This document shows positions 1 through 9,654 of a stretch of DNA of 64,000 nt, piece by piece (position 1 is the first letter of the stretch; each line of letters begins with the position of its first letter). The notes below the pieces were generated by a model. That model worked only from the letters and a program-made list of their open reading frames with translations. It had not been told where the DNA came from and did no database searches. The stretch lies in IMG/VR virus record IMGVR_UViG_3300023184_000026, positions 1-64,000 of that record, one strand, 5' to 3'. The translations under genes and the position numbers were made by a program.

Positions 1-1664
1 GTGGTTCTTCTGGCACAGCAGGAACAAGTGGATCTTCTGGAACAAGTGGAACGAGCGGTACTGACGGCACAAGTGGTTCGTCTGGCACAGCTGGAACGTC
101 AGGTTCAAGTGGCGCATCAGGAACAAGCGGTTCGTCTGGCACAGCCGGAACATCGGGTATAAGCGGCACAGCAGGAACAAGTGGATCTTCTGGCACAAGT
201 GGTTCTTCTGGTACAAGCGGTTCAAGTGGCGCATCAGGAACAAGTGGTTCGTCTGGCACAAGTGGTTCTTCTGGCACAGCAGGAACAAGTGGATCTTCTG
301 GAACAAGTGGAACGAGCGGTACTGACGGCACAAGTGGTTCGTCTGGCACAGCTGGAACGTCAGGTTCAAGTGGCGCATCAGGAACAAGCGGTTCGTCTGG
401 CACAGCCGGAACATCGGGTATAAGCGGCACAGCAGGAACAAGTGGTTCTTCTGGTACATCGGGTTCAAGTGGCGCATCAGGAACAAGTGGTTCGTCTGGC
501 ACAGCTGGAACATCAGGTTCAAGTGGCGCATCAGGAACAAGTGGTTCGTCTGGCACAGCTGGAACAAGTGGCTCTTCTGGTACAAGTGGAACATCTGGTA
601 TAAGTGGCTCTTCTGGTACAAGTGGAACAAGTGGATCGTCTGGAATAAGCGGTTCAAGTGGAACATCTGGTATAAGTGGAACAAGTGGATCGTCTGGAAT
701 AAGCGGCACAGCTGGAACAAGTGGTTCAAGTGGCACAAGCGGTGCCGCAGGAACAAGTGGCTCTTCTGGTACAAGTGGAACAAGTGGATCTTCCGGAATA
801 GGTTTCAATACCATAAACAATGCTGGTGCGGGCAGAGTAATTCTTTCTGATGGCTCTGTTAATGCAGCAACCGCGTCCGCAAATCTTGTATATTCAAACA
901 ATAATTTTTCAATTACTGGCAGTGTTGTTGTAACTGGTTCACTTGCTGTATCCGGAGGTTTTAGTGTTTCTGGCGACAGCGGCAGTGTAATGTTTTCTGG
1001 TAATGCCGATACATTTGAATTTACTGGATCAATGTTGGTGAATGGTAGTATTGTAGTAACAGGCAGTATCAACGGAAATGTTTCTGGTTCATTGTTTGGT
1101 ACATCCAGTTATGCTATAACCGCAGCAACAGCTTCATATGTTCTTAATGCTGTAAGTAGTTCATTTGCTACATCTGCATCATTCTCTCAAACATCAAGTT
1201 TGGCCAGAACAGCCTCTTATATAGCATGGGCAAATGTAGATGAAATAGCAACAGACATATTTGTTGGTACATCAAGTTATGCAACGCTGGCAAGAACAGC
1301 AAGTTATGTAAATAATGCTATATCAGCTTCATATGTTCTGCAATCAGTCAGTGCATCATTTGCTACTACGGCAAGTTATGCAATGAACAGTGGCGCGGGT
1401 GGTACAACTTTAATTTCGGGTTCTACCTACTATATCACCAGCAGTTGGGCACAAACAGCTTCATATGCTAATACAGCAAGTTATATTGTTTGGGCAAATG
1501 TATATGAAAATAATACAGACACATTCTTGGGTACATCAAGTTTTGCTATATCAGCATCATTTGCTATATCAGCTTCGTTTTCACAAACAGCAAGTTATGT
1601 TCTTAATGCAGTAAGTAGTTCATTTGCTATTACATCAAGTTATATTGATGGTGGGTTCTATTAA
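1..1664 (+). CDS. Tail-fibre-like protein, 5'-truncated by the window: Gly-X-Y (GSS/GTS) repeat region, then 'ASYA/TAS' repeat region
   Basis: Frame starting at nt 3 is open and continuous with the listed 990..1664 ORF. Gly every third residue to about nt 800. Nt 1-184 are duplicated at 262-445. Confidence 0.75.
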   Translation, partial: GSSGTAGTSGSSGTSGTSGTDGTSGSSGTAGTSGSSGASGTSGSSGTAGTSGISGTAGTSGSSGTSGSSGTSGSSGASGTSGSSGTSGSSGTAGTSGSSGTSGTSGTDGTSGSSGTAGTSGSSGASGTSGSSGTAGTSGISGTAGTSGSSGTSGSSGASGTSGSSGTAGTSGSSGASGTSGSSGTAGTSGSSGTSGTSGISGSSGTSGTSGSSGISGSSGTSGISGTSGSSGISGTAGTSGSSGTSGAAGTSGSSGTSGTSGSSGIGFNTINNAGAGRVILSDGSVNAATASANLVYSNNNFSITGSVVVTGSLAVSGGFSVSGDSGSVMFSGNADTFEFTGSMLVNGSIVVTGSINGNVSGSLFGTSSYAITAATASYVLNAVSSSFATSASFSQTSSLARTASYIAWANVDEIATDIFVGTSSYATLARTASYVNNAISASYVLQSVSASFATTASYAMNSGAGGTTLISGSTYYITSSWAQTASYANTASYIVWANVYENNTDTFLGTSSFAISASFAISASFSQTASYVLNAVSSSFAITSSYIDGGFY

Positions 1665-1701
1665 AAATTGTAATGAAAATAAATAACGTTACATACATTA
1701 T

Positions 1702-4272
1702 ATGCCGCTCACAATAAAAAGAACAAATCCGGTTGCTGCGGGGAATAATAATTTTCAATTTGCAAGAAGAACTTCAACGGCGGTTGGTAATAGTGTGCTT
1801 TTTAATGGAAGTACTCAATATTTGAGTGTTCCTGGTAGTGCGGCGTTTGCATTCGGAACAGGAAGTTTTACTACAGAATGGTGGCAATATATGACCAGTC
1901 AGCCATCAAACCCTCGTGTATTTTCAATAGGAAATTATCCATCTGCAACAATAGGTGTTAGTATAGAAGGTGGTACTTTTTACGTGTGGGAAAATTCTGG
2001 TGTTAGATTTAGTTATTCATTAACAGCGGACGGATATTTAAATCGCTGGTTACATTTTGCAATATCCAGAAATAACGGAACTACTTCAATTTTTAAAAAT
2101 GGAATTCAAATAGGCGCGTCATATCCTGATACTAATAATATCAATAATACTTCTACCACGTTGTCTATTGGTCAAGAAAGTACGCCGACGGCAAATAGTT
2201 ATTTTCCTGGATATATTAGTAACTTCCGTATCTTAAATGGTACTGCACTTTATACAGCATCATTTACAGTACCAACAGCTCCTCTCACGGCCATAGCAAA
2301 CACATCATTGCTTACATGTAATGCTGCTACAATATTTGATAGCAGTACAAACAATTTTACTATTACTAACAACAATGGTGCAACAGTGTCATCAGTTGTA
2401 CCATTTAATGCTATAGGTTATGGATACAAGTTTAAAAATACTAGCAATGTCGCGAGTGTTTTAGCAGGAACACAAAAAGCAATATTTGGGTATGGAAGTA
2501 CAGGAACTAATACAGCAATAACCAATCTTGTAAGTAATACGGGCGTTGTGGCAACTGATACAGCGGGCGTTGGTACAGCTAGATATCATTTAGCAGCAGC
2601 TGGGTATGGAAATGATAAAGCAATATTTGGATATGGGGTTGTTACTACTTATTCGTCGTTGACCAACCTCGTTAGCAACACGGGCGTTGTAGCAACTGAC
2701 ACAACCGGTGTAGGAACTGCGAGAGCATATCTAGCAGCGGCTGGCTATGGTATAGACAAAGCTATTTTTGGATACGGGGCCGACAATTCGAATGCTTTTT
2801 CAATAACCAATAAAGTGAGCAACACTGGCGTTGTAGCAACTGATACAAGCGGTGTTGGTACTGGTAGATATTGGCCAGCGGCGGCGGGCTATGGAATTGA
2901 TAAAGCAATATTTGGATATGGATCTAGCGGTGGTTTTGTTTCAATGACCAATAAAGTGAGCAACACCGGTGTTGTAGCCACAGACACAACGGGTGTAGGA
3001 TCGGCAAGATATAATCTAGCAGCAGCGGGATATGGCACAGACAAAGCACTATTTGGATATGGAGACGCTAATGGCGTCGCTGTTTCAATGACCAATAAAG
3101 TGAGCAACACCGGCATTGTAGCAACCGACACGACGGGGGTGGGGACTTCAAGGCACCAGTTGGCAGCGGCGGGTTATGGGTCAGACAAAGCAATTTTTGG
3201 ATATGGATATACGAGTGTGGTTCTTTCTATGACAAATCTTGTGAGCAACACGGGTGTGGTGTCAACAGACACAACCGGCGTCGGCACTTCAAGATCTGTT
3301 TTAGCGGCGGCAGGTTTTTCAATAACTACAGTACCAGCACCAAGTGGATTAAAATTTAAGAAAGTATTTGCTGATCCTATTACTGTATACTTAACACAAA
3401 AAGCTATATTTGGATATGGAAATAATGGTAGCAATTTATCAATGACCAATCTGGTTAGTAACACAGGTGTTGTAGCAACTGATACGACAGGTGTTGGTAC
3501 AGCAAGAGGATATCTTGCGGCTGCAAGTTACGGAAATGATAAAGCTGTGTTTGGATATGGAGATAATGGCGTTGGTACTTATTATTCAATGACCAATCTC
3601 GTAAGTAACACGGGTGTTGTAGCAAGTGACACAACAGGTGTTGGTACAGCAAGATCGTATCTAGCGGCAGCGGGTTATGGGTCAGACAAATCTATTTTTG
3701 GATATGGATATACGAGTGCCGCTGTTTCAATGACCAATCTTATTAGTAACACCGGCGTTGTATCCACCGATACAACGGGAGTTGGTACAGTAAGAAATAA
3801 TTTAGCAGCGGCTGGTTATGGGACAAATAAAGCTATATTTGGGTATGGAAGCACAACCGGCGGACTTGGAGGTAACGTGTCGGTGACCAATCTTGTTAGT
3901 AACACGGGTGTTGTAGCAACTGATACGACAGGTGTTGGTACAGCAAGACTAGCATTAGCCGCATCAGGTTATGGCACAGACAAAGCTATATTTGGATATG
4001 GACAACAAAGTGGCGGTTATTCATCAATGACCAATCTTGTCAGTAACACAGGTGTGGTAGCAACTGATACGACAGGTGTTGGTACAGTAAGACAAGGATT
4101 AGCCGCAGCAGGTTATGGAAGTGACAAAGCTATATTTGGATATGGAATTGGAGCCGGTGCGGTTTTATCAATGAGCAACCTCGTTAGTAATACCGGAGTT
4201 GTAGCAACAGACACAGCGGGTGTTGGCACAGCAAGACAATATCCAAAAGCAGCGGGTTATTCATTAACATAA
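1702..4272 (+). CDS. Putative receptor-binding/virion protein: LamG/ConA-like domain plus two sets of six ~47-aa Kelch-like repeats
   Basis: LamG-like motifs (FAFGTGSFTTEWW, WLHFAISR, FPGYISNFRI). 12 copies of KAIFGYG...TN(L/K)VSNTGVVATDTTGVGT.R..LAAAGYG. Confidence 0.7.
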   Translation: MPLTIKRTNPVAAGNNNFQFARRTSTAVGNSVLFNGSTQYLSVPGSAAFAFGTGSFTTEWWQYMTSQPSNPRVFSIGNYPSATIGVSIEGGTFYVWENSGVRFSYSLTADGYLNRWLHFAISRNNGTTSIFKNGIQIGASYPDTNNINNTSTTLSIGQESTPTANSYFPGYISNFRILNGTALYTASFTVPTAPLTAIANTSLLTCNAATIFDSSTNNFTITNNNGATVSSVVPFNAIGYGYKFKNTSNVASVLAGTQKAIFGYGSTGTNTAITNLVSNTGVVATDTAGVGTARYHLAAAGYGNDKAIFGYGVVTTYSSLTNLVSNTGVVATDTTGVGTARAYLAAAGYGIDKAIFGYGADNSNAFSITNKVSNTGVVATDTSGVGTGRYWPAAAGYGIDKAIFGYGSSGGFVSMTNKVSNTGVVATDTTGVGSARYNLAAAGYGTDKALFGYGDANGVAVSMTNKVSNTGIVATDTTGVGTSRHQLAAAGYGSDKAIFGYGYTSVVLSMTNLVSNTGVVSTDTTGVGTSRSVLAAAGFSITTVPAPSGLKFKKVFADPITVYLTQKAIFGYGNNGSNLSMTNLVSNTGVVATDTTGVGTARGYLAAASYGNDKAVFGYGDNGVGTYYSMTNLVSNTGVVASDTTGVGTARSYLAAAGYGSDKSIFGYGYTSAAVSMTNLISNTGVVSTDTTGVGTVRNNLAAAGYGTNKAIFGYGSTTGGLGGNVSVTNLVSNTGVVATDTTGVGTARLALAASGYGTDKAIFGYGQQSGGYSSMTNLVSNTGVVATDTTGVGTVRQGLAAAGYGSDKAIFGYGIGAGAVLSMSNLVSNTGVVATDTAGVGTARQYPKAAGYSLT

Positions 4273-4371
4273 CATATTTATGCCATATATACTATTATAC
4301 ATTATATAAAAATATATACTATATTAAAAAAAAAATAAGTTGAAACATATATTATTGAATATTTATAAACA

Positions 4372-4683
4372 ATGCCGCAGAACATAATACATTTAAGAAG
4401 TTTAGCTACAGGCTCAATACCAACCACAGCATCTCTTGGTGTGGGTCAATTTGCTATCAATGTACCAGATGGTCGTATATTTTTAAGAAAATCCGGCAGT
4501 GTAAGTGATACTATTGAAACTGTATTTACTTCAAATTCAGATAATAGTGGCAGTTTTAGATTAACAGGTAGTTTGAGTATCAGTGGTAGTATATCTGCTG
4601 ATAGCATCGCGGTAAATCTCGACGGAGGAAATCCAAGTAGTGTATATGGTGGTTCAACACCTATAGATGCTGGTCCAGTATAA
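4372..4683 (+). CDS. Small virion/tail-fibre-associated protein
   Basis: 103-aa ORF. The N-terminal 'LRS..TGSIP..ASL..GQFAIN..DGRIFL' resembles phage fibre N-terminal anchor segments. Confidence 0.5.
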   Translation: MPQNIIHLRSLATGSIPTTASLGVGQFAINVPDGRIFLRKSGSVSDTIETVFTSNSDNSGSFRLTGSLSISGSISADSIAVNLDGGNPSSVYGGSTPIDAGPV

Positions 4684-4717
4684 TATAAAAACAATTTATA
4701 GAAATAAATAAAATCGT

Positions 4718-7700
4718 ATGGCAACACAAATACAATTACGCAGAGGTACAGAAAGTCAATGGACGAACGCCAATCCAGTTTTGATGCAGGGCGAAATTGG
4801 CATTGAACTTGATACAAATAAATTCAAGATTGGTAACGGAGTCACTGCGTGGAATTCTTTATCATATGGCTCCACTTATGGTGGCACAAGTGGAACCAAC
4901 GGTAGTAGCGGTTCAAGTGGAACAAGCGGAGCCAACGGTAGTAGCGGTTCAAGTGGATCAAGCGGTACAAGTGGATCATCGGGTACAAGTGGTACAAGTG
5001 GTTCAAGTGGCACAGCTGGATCAAGTGGCAGCAGTGGTACAAGTGGTGCAGCGGGCACATCTGGTTCAAGTGGAACGTCTGGTGTAACAGGTGCGGGTGG
5101 ATCAAGTGGATCATCGGGTACAAGTGGATCAGCCGGATCAAGTGGCAGCAGTGGATCAGCTGGAACAAGTGGCAGCAGTGGCACATCAGGAACAAGTGGC
5201 ACAGCCGGATCAAGTGGTGCCGGTGGATCATCAGGTTCAAGCGGCACAAGTGGATCAGCTGGATCAAGTGGTTCTTCTGGCACAGCAGGAACATCTGGTT
5301 CAAGTGGTACATCAGGAACAAGCGGCTCTTCTGGAACAAGCGGTACAAGTGGATCATCGGGTTCAAGTGGCACATCTGGTGCAACAGGTGCGGGTGGCAC
5401 AGCTGGTACAAGTGGATCATCGGGTTCAAGTGGCACAGCAGGAACAAGTGGCAGCAGTGGCACAAGTGGCACGGCAGGAACAAGTGGCAGCAGTGGCACA
5501 GCTGGATCAAGTGGCAGCAGTGGCACAAGTGGTGCAGCAGGCGCGGGTGGATCATCGGGTTCAAGCGGTACAAGTGGATCATCGGGTTCAAGTGGCACAG
5601 CAGGAACAAGTGGCAGCAGTGGCACAGCAGGAACAAGTGGCAGCAGTGGCACAGCAGGAACAAGTGGCAGCAGTGGCACAAGTGGTGCAGCAGGTACAAG
5701 TGGCACAGCCGGATCAAGTGGATCGTCTGGTACAAGCGGAACTTCTGGTGTAACAGGTGCCGGTGGATCATCAGGTACAAGTGGTTCAAGTGGCACAAGT
5801 GGAACAAGTGGAACATCAGGCAGCAGTGGCACAAGTGGTGCCGCTGGTGCAGCTGGCACAAGTGGTTCAAGTGGCACAAGTGGAACAAGTGGAACATCAG
5901 GCAGCAGTGGCACAAGTGGTGCCGCTGGTGCAGCTGGCACAAGTGGTTCAAGTGGTGCCGCTGGTGCAGCTGGCACAAGTGGCACAAGCGGTTCAAGTGG
6001 CACAAGTGGAACATCAGGCAGCAGTGGCACAAGTGGTGCAGCTGGTACAGCTGGCACAGGTGGTTCAAGTGGCACAAGTGGAACATCAGGCAGCAGTGGC
6101 ACAAGTGGTGCAGCTGGTACAGCTGGCACAAGTGGCACAAGCGGTTCAAGTGGCACAAGTGGAACATCAGGCAGCAGTGGCACAAGTGGTGCAGCTGGTG
6201 CAGCTGGCACAAGTGGCACAAGCGGTTCAAGTGGCACAAGTGGAACATCAGGCAGCAGTGGCACAAGTGGTGCCGCTGGTGCAGCTGGCACAAGTGGCAC
6301 AAGCGGTTCAAGTGGCACAAGTGGAACATCAGGCAGCAGTGGCACAAGTGGTGCCGCTGGTGCAGCTGGTACAAGTGGCACAAGCGGTTCAAGTGGCACA
6401 AGTGGAACATCAGGCAGCAGTGGCACAAGTGGTGCCGCTGGTGCAGCTGGCACAAGTGGCACAAGCGGTTCAAGTGGCACAAGTGGAACATCAGGCAGCA
6501 GTGGCACAAGTGGTGCCGCTGGTGCAGCTGGTACAAGTGGCACAAGCGGTTCAAGTGGCACAAGTGGAACATCAGGCAGCAGTGGCACAAGTGGTGCCGC
6601 TGGTACAGCTGGCACAGGTGGTTCAAGTGGCACAAGTGGAACATCAGGCAGCAGTGGCACAAGTGGTGCAGCTGGTACAAGTGGCACAAGCGGTTCAAGT
6701 GGCACAAGTGGAACATCAGGCAGCAGTGGCACAAGTGGTGCCGCTGGTACAGCTGGCACAGGTGGTTCAAGTGGCACAAGTGGAACATCAGGCAGCAGTG
6801 GCACAAGTGGTGCAGCTGGTACAGCTGGCACAAGTGGAACATCAGGCAGCAGTGGCACAAGTGGTGCAGCTGGTACAGCTGGCACAAGTGGTTCAAGCGG
6901 CACAAGTGGTGCCGCTGGCGCAGCTGGTACAGCTGGCACATCAGGCAGCAGTGGTACAAGTGGCGCAGCGGGCAGTCCGGGTGGAAATGGTACATCAGGT
7001 TCAAGTGGTACAAGTGGTGCCGCTGGCGCAGCTGGTACAAGTGGCACATCTGGTAGCAGTGGCACAAGTGGTGCCGCTGGCGCAGCTGGTACAAGTGGCA
7101 CATCTGGTAGCAGTGGCACAAGTGGTGCCGCTGGCGCAGCTGGTACAAGTGGCACATCTGGTAGCAGTGGCACAAGCGGTGCCGCTGGCGCAGCTGGTAC
7201 AAGTGGCAGTGCCGGTAGTGCCGGTAGTGCTGGTACATCTGGCAGTGCCGGTAGTGCCGGTAGTGCTGGTAGAACTGGATCAAGTGGCACAAGCGGAGTC
7301 AACGGAGCCAACGGAACCAGTGGATCAAGTGGCACAAGTGGTGCCGCTGGCGCAGCTGGTACAAGTGGCACAAGTGGTTCAAGTGGCACAAGTGGAACAT
7401 CAGGCAGCAGTGGCACAAGTGGTGCAGCTGGTACAGCTGGCACAAGTGGTTCAAGCGGCACAAGTGGTGCCGCTGGCGCAGCTGGTACAGCTGGCACATC
7501 AGGCAGCAGTGGTACAAGTGGCGCAGCGGGCAGTCCGGGTGGAAATGGTACATCAGGTTCAAGTGGTACAAGTGGTGCCGCTGGCGCAGCTGGTACAAGT
7601 GGCACATCTGGTAGCAGTGGCACAAGTGGTGCCGCTGGCGCAGCTGGTACAAGTGGCACATCAGGTTCAAGTGGCACAAGCGGTGCCGCTGGCGCAGCTG

Positions 7701-9265
7701 GTACATCTGGCAGTGCCGGTAGTGCCGGTAGTGCCGGTAGTGCTGGTACATCTGGCAGTGCCGGTAGTGCCGGTAGTGCCGGTAGTGCTGGTAGAACTGG
7801 ATCAAGTGGCACAAGCGGAGTCAACGGAGCCAACGGAACCAGTGGAACCAGTGGATCAAGTGGCACAAGTGGTGCCGCTGGCGCAGCTGGTACAAGTGGT
7901 ACATCAGGCAGCAGTGGCACAAGTGGTGCCGCTGGCGCAGCTGGTACAAGTGGCACATCAGGTTCAAGTGGCACAAGCGGTGCCGCTGGCGCAGCTGGTA
8001 CAAGTGGCACATCAGGCAGCAGTGGTATAAGTGGCGCAGTGGGCAATCCGGGTGCAAATGGTACATCTGGCAGTGCTGGCACAAGCGGTGCCGCTGGCGC
8101 AGCTGGTACAAGTGGCAGTGCTGGCACAAGCGGTGCCGGAACCATATCTGGCGGCACAGCAAATTATGTTGCAAAATTTACCAATGCAACAACAATATCA
8201 AATAGTCAATTATATGACAACGCAACAAATGTTGGTATTAATACAACTACACCAAATGCTAAATTGGATGTATATGGAAATTTTATTGCGACAGGAAGTG
8301 TATCTGCATTTACAACCGGCGATGCCATTAAAGTGCGAGCATCTACCGGAACAACTCAAGTATACGGTACATATCAAAATACAAGTGGTAGACTTGCCGT
8401 TGGAGTTGAAAGTAGTGTAGGCGGCACTATGATAGTAGGGGCACCGGCATATGCTGGGTTTATAGGAGCCAGCGGCGGCACGAACATACTGGCCTTTGGT
8501 ACAGGTGATAATACCAGAATGATTATAGACGGTTCTGGCAATATTGGTATTGGAACAACTACACCAAATGCTAAATTGGATATAACTGGAAATACAATTA
8601 TATCAGGTTCTTCAAACGATACATTGACACTTTATAGAAGCACTGTAGCCGCAACCAGAATCGCGTGCATCAACAGTTTTGGAACGGGTTGGGCTGGTGT
8701 TAGTGGCGCTGGAATGGTGCTTGGTGGACAAGCTGGTATGGCTACCACCATATACGGCGGAGGAGTGGTCGCCGCGTACATAGATACTAGCGGAAATGTA
8801 GCTATTGGAAAAAGTACACCAATCAATGCTAAATTGGATGTAAGTGGCGATACAATAATAACAGGTTCTGCAACTATCACAACATCACTTGGTGTTGGTA
8901 CTGCTGCATCTGCTACAACAGGAGAAATTCGCGCTACAAATAATGTCACTGCTTACTATTCTGATGATCGTCTTAAAAATAATCTTGGTAATATTCCAGA
9001 TTCACTAAATAAAGTATTATCTCTTAATGGATTTTATTTTGAAGCCAATGAAACTGCACAAAATCTTGGTTATACAAAACAAAAAGAAGTGGGTGTATCT
9101 GCTCAACAAGTACAAGCAATATTGCCAGAAATTATTGCACCAGCACCAATTGATTCCAAGTATATGACAGTAAGATATGAAAAACTTATTCCACTACTTA
9201 TTGAAGCAATCAAAGAACAAAATTCTATGATAGTAGATTTGCAGAAAAAAATAAATAGATTATAA
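4718..9265 (+). CDS. Long tail fibre: Mtd/hyaluronidase-like N-terminal domain, ~360 Gly-X-Y triplets, C-terminal S74-type intramolecular chaperone
   Basis: N-terminus IQLRRGT..QW..ANPVL..GEIG.E.DT.KFKIGNG..AWNSL.Y. Gly-X-Y from about 4880 to 8140. C-terminus YYSDDRLK...YEKLIPLLIEAIKEQ. Confidence 0.85.
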   Translation: MATQIQLRRGTESQWTNANPVLMQGEIGIELDTNKFKIGNGVTAWNSLSYGSTYGGTSGTNGSSGSSGTSGANGSSGSSGSSGTSGSSGTSGTSGSSGTAGSSGSSGTSGAAGTSGSSGTSGVTGAGGSSGSSGTSGSAGSSGSSGSAGTSGSSGTSGTSGTAGSSGAGGSSGSSGTSGSAGSSGSSGTAGTSGSSGTSGTSGSSGTSGTSGSSGSSGTSGATGAGGTAGTSGSSGSSGTAGTSGSSGTSGTAGTSGSSGTAGSSGSSGTSGAAGAGGSSGSSGTSGSSGSSGTAGTSGSSGTAGTSGSSGTAGTSGSSGTSGAAGTSGTAGSSGSSGTSGTSGVTGAGGSSGTSGSSGTSGTSGTSGSSGTSGAAGAAGTSGSSGTSGTSGTSGSSGTSGAAGAAGTSGSSGAAGAAGTSGTSGSSGTSGTSGSSGTSGAAGTAGTGGSSGTSGTSGSSGTSGAAGTAGTSGTSGSSGTSGTSGSSGTSGAAGAAGTSGTSGSSGTSGTSGSSGTSGAAGAAGTSGTSGSSGTSGTSGSSGTSGAAGAAGTSGTSGSSGTSGTSGSSGTSGAAGAAGTSGTSGSSGTSGTSGSSGTSGAAGAAGTSGTSGSSGTSGTSGSSGTSGAAGTAGTGGSSGTSGTSGSSGTSGAAGTSGTSGSSGTSGTSGSSGTSGAAGTAGTGGSSGTSGTSGSSGTSGAAGTAGTSGTSGSSGTSGAAGTAGTSGSSGTSGAAGAAGTAGTSGSSGTSGAAGSPGGNGTSGSSGTSGAAGAAGTSGTSGSSGTSGAAGAAGTSGTSGSSGTSGAAGAAGTSGTSGSSGTSGAAGAAGTSGSAGSAGSAGTSGSAGSAGSAGRTGSSGTSGVNGANGTSGSSGTSGAAGAAGTSGTSGSSGTSGTSGSSGTSGAAGTAGTSGSSGTSGAAGAAGTAGTSGSSGTSGAAGSPGGNGTSGSSGTSGAAGAAGTSGTSGSSGTSGAAGAAGTSGTSGSSGTSGAAGAAGTSGSAGSAGSAGSAGTSGSAGSAGSAGSAGRTGSSGTSGVNGANGTSGTSGSSGTSGAAGAAGTSGTSGSSGTSGAAGAAGTSGTSGSSGTSGAAGAAGTSGTSGSSGISGAVGNPGANGTSGSAGTSGAAGAAGTSGSAGTSGAGTISGGTANYVAKFTNATTISNSQLYDNATNVGINTTTPNAKLDVYGNFIATGSVSAFTTGDAIKVRASTGTTQVYGTYQNTSGRLAVGVESSVGGTMIVGAPAYAGFIGASGGTNILAFGTGDNTRMIIDGSGNIGIGTTTPNAKLDITGNTIISGSSNDTLTLYRSTVAATRIACINSFGTGWAGVSGAGMVLGGQAGMATTIYGGGVVAAYIDTSGNVAIGKSTPINAKLDVSGDTIITGSATITTSLGVGTAASATTGEIRATNNVTAYYSDDRLKNNLGNIPDSLNKVLSLNGFYFEANETAQNLGYTKQKEVGVSAQQVQAILPEIIAPAPIDSKYMTVRYEKLIPLLIEAIKEQNSMIVDLQKKINRL
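4880..8140 (+). repeat. Low-complexity 9-nt-based tandem repeat encoding Gly-X-Y, with a higher-order ~520-560-nt internal duplication
   Basis: Units such as ggcacaagt, ggttcaagt, ggtgcagct. Marker GGCAGTCCGGGTGGAAAT occurs at 6971 and 7529; AGAACTGGA at 7271 and 7793. Confidence 0.95.
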
Positions 9266-9379
9266 AAATAATAGAAAAAATAAATCTACCATATATATTG
9301 TAAATTTACAAATACAAATATAGTTATATATAAACAGCAAATATTATCGGCGTTAAAAAAACAAAACAAACAAAACATC

Positions 9380-9604
9380 ATGTCAAGCATACCAGGAATT
9401 TCCGACACACCACCAACACCAGAACAAATTGCAGAAGCTCGTGCCAACGCATTAGCTGCCAGTCATCCAGCATCATGGGTATGGGACGAAACTGCTGTTA
9501 GTTTTGTGCCACCTGTGGCATGGCCAACTGATGGACTGCCTAAGTTATGGGACGAAGCTTCACAATCTTTTATACCGTTTCCGGGGTTTCCGATAACTAG
9601 CTAA
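9380..9604 (+). CDS. Small Pro/Trp-rich protein, possible fibre assembly factor
   Basis: 74-aa ORF between fibre genes with SWVWDE..W and LWDE motifs. Confidence 0.5.
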   Translation: MSSIPGISDTPPTPEQIAEARANALAASHPASWVWDETAVSFVPPVAWPTDGLPKLWDEASQSFIPFPGFPITS

Positions 9605-9654
9605 AAATATATTATAAAATAATAATATACAACACAGGTTATATATAAATATAC

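Noticed and set aside
4797-8420. Very long alternative-frame and antisense ORFs (1093, 816, 757 aa; LVP-, CHL- and QV-rich), and 181..423
   Set aside because: These are shadows of the Gly-X-Y codon repeat, which lacks stops in several frames. They have no starts, domains or expression signals of their own.
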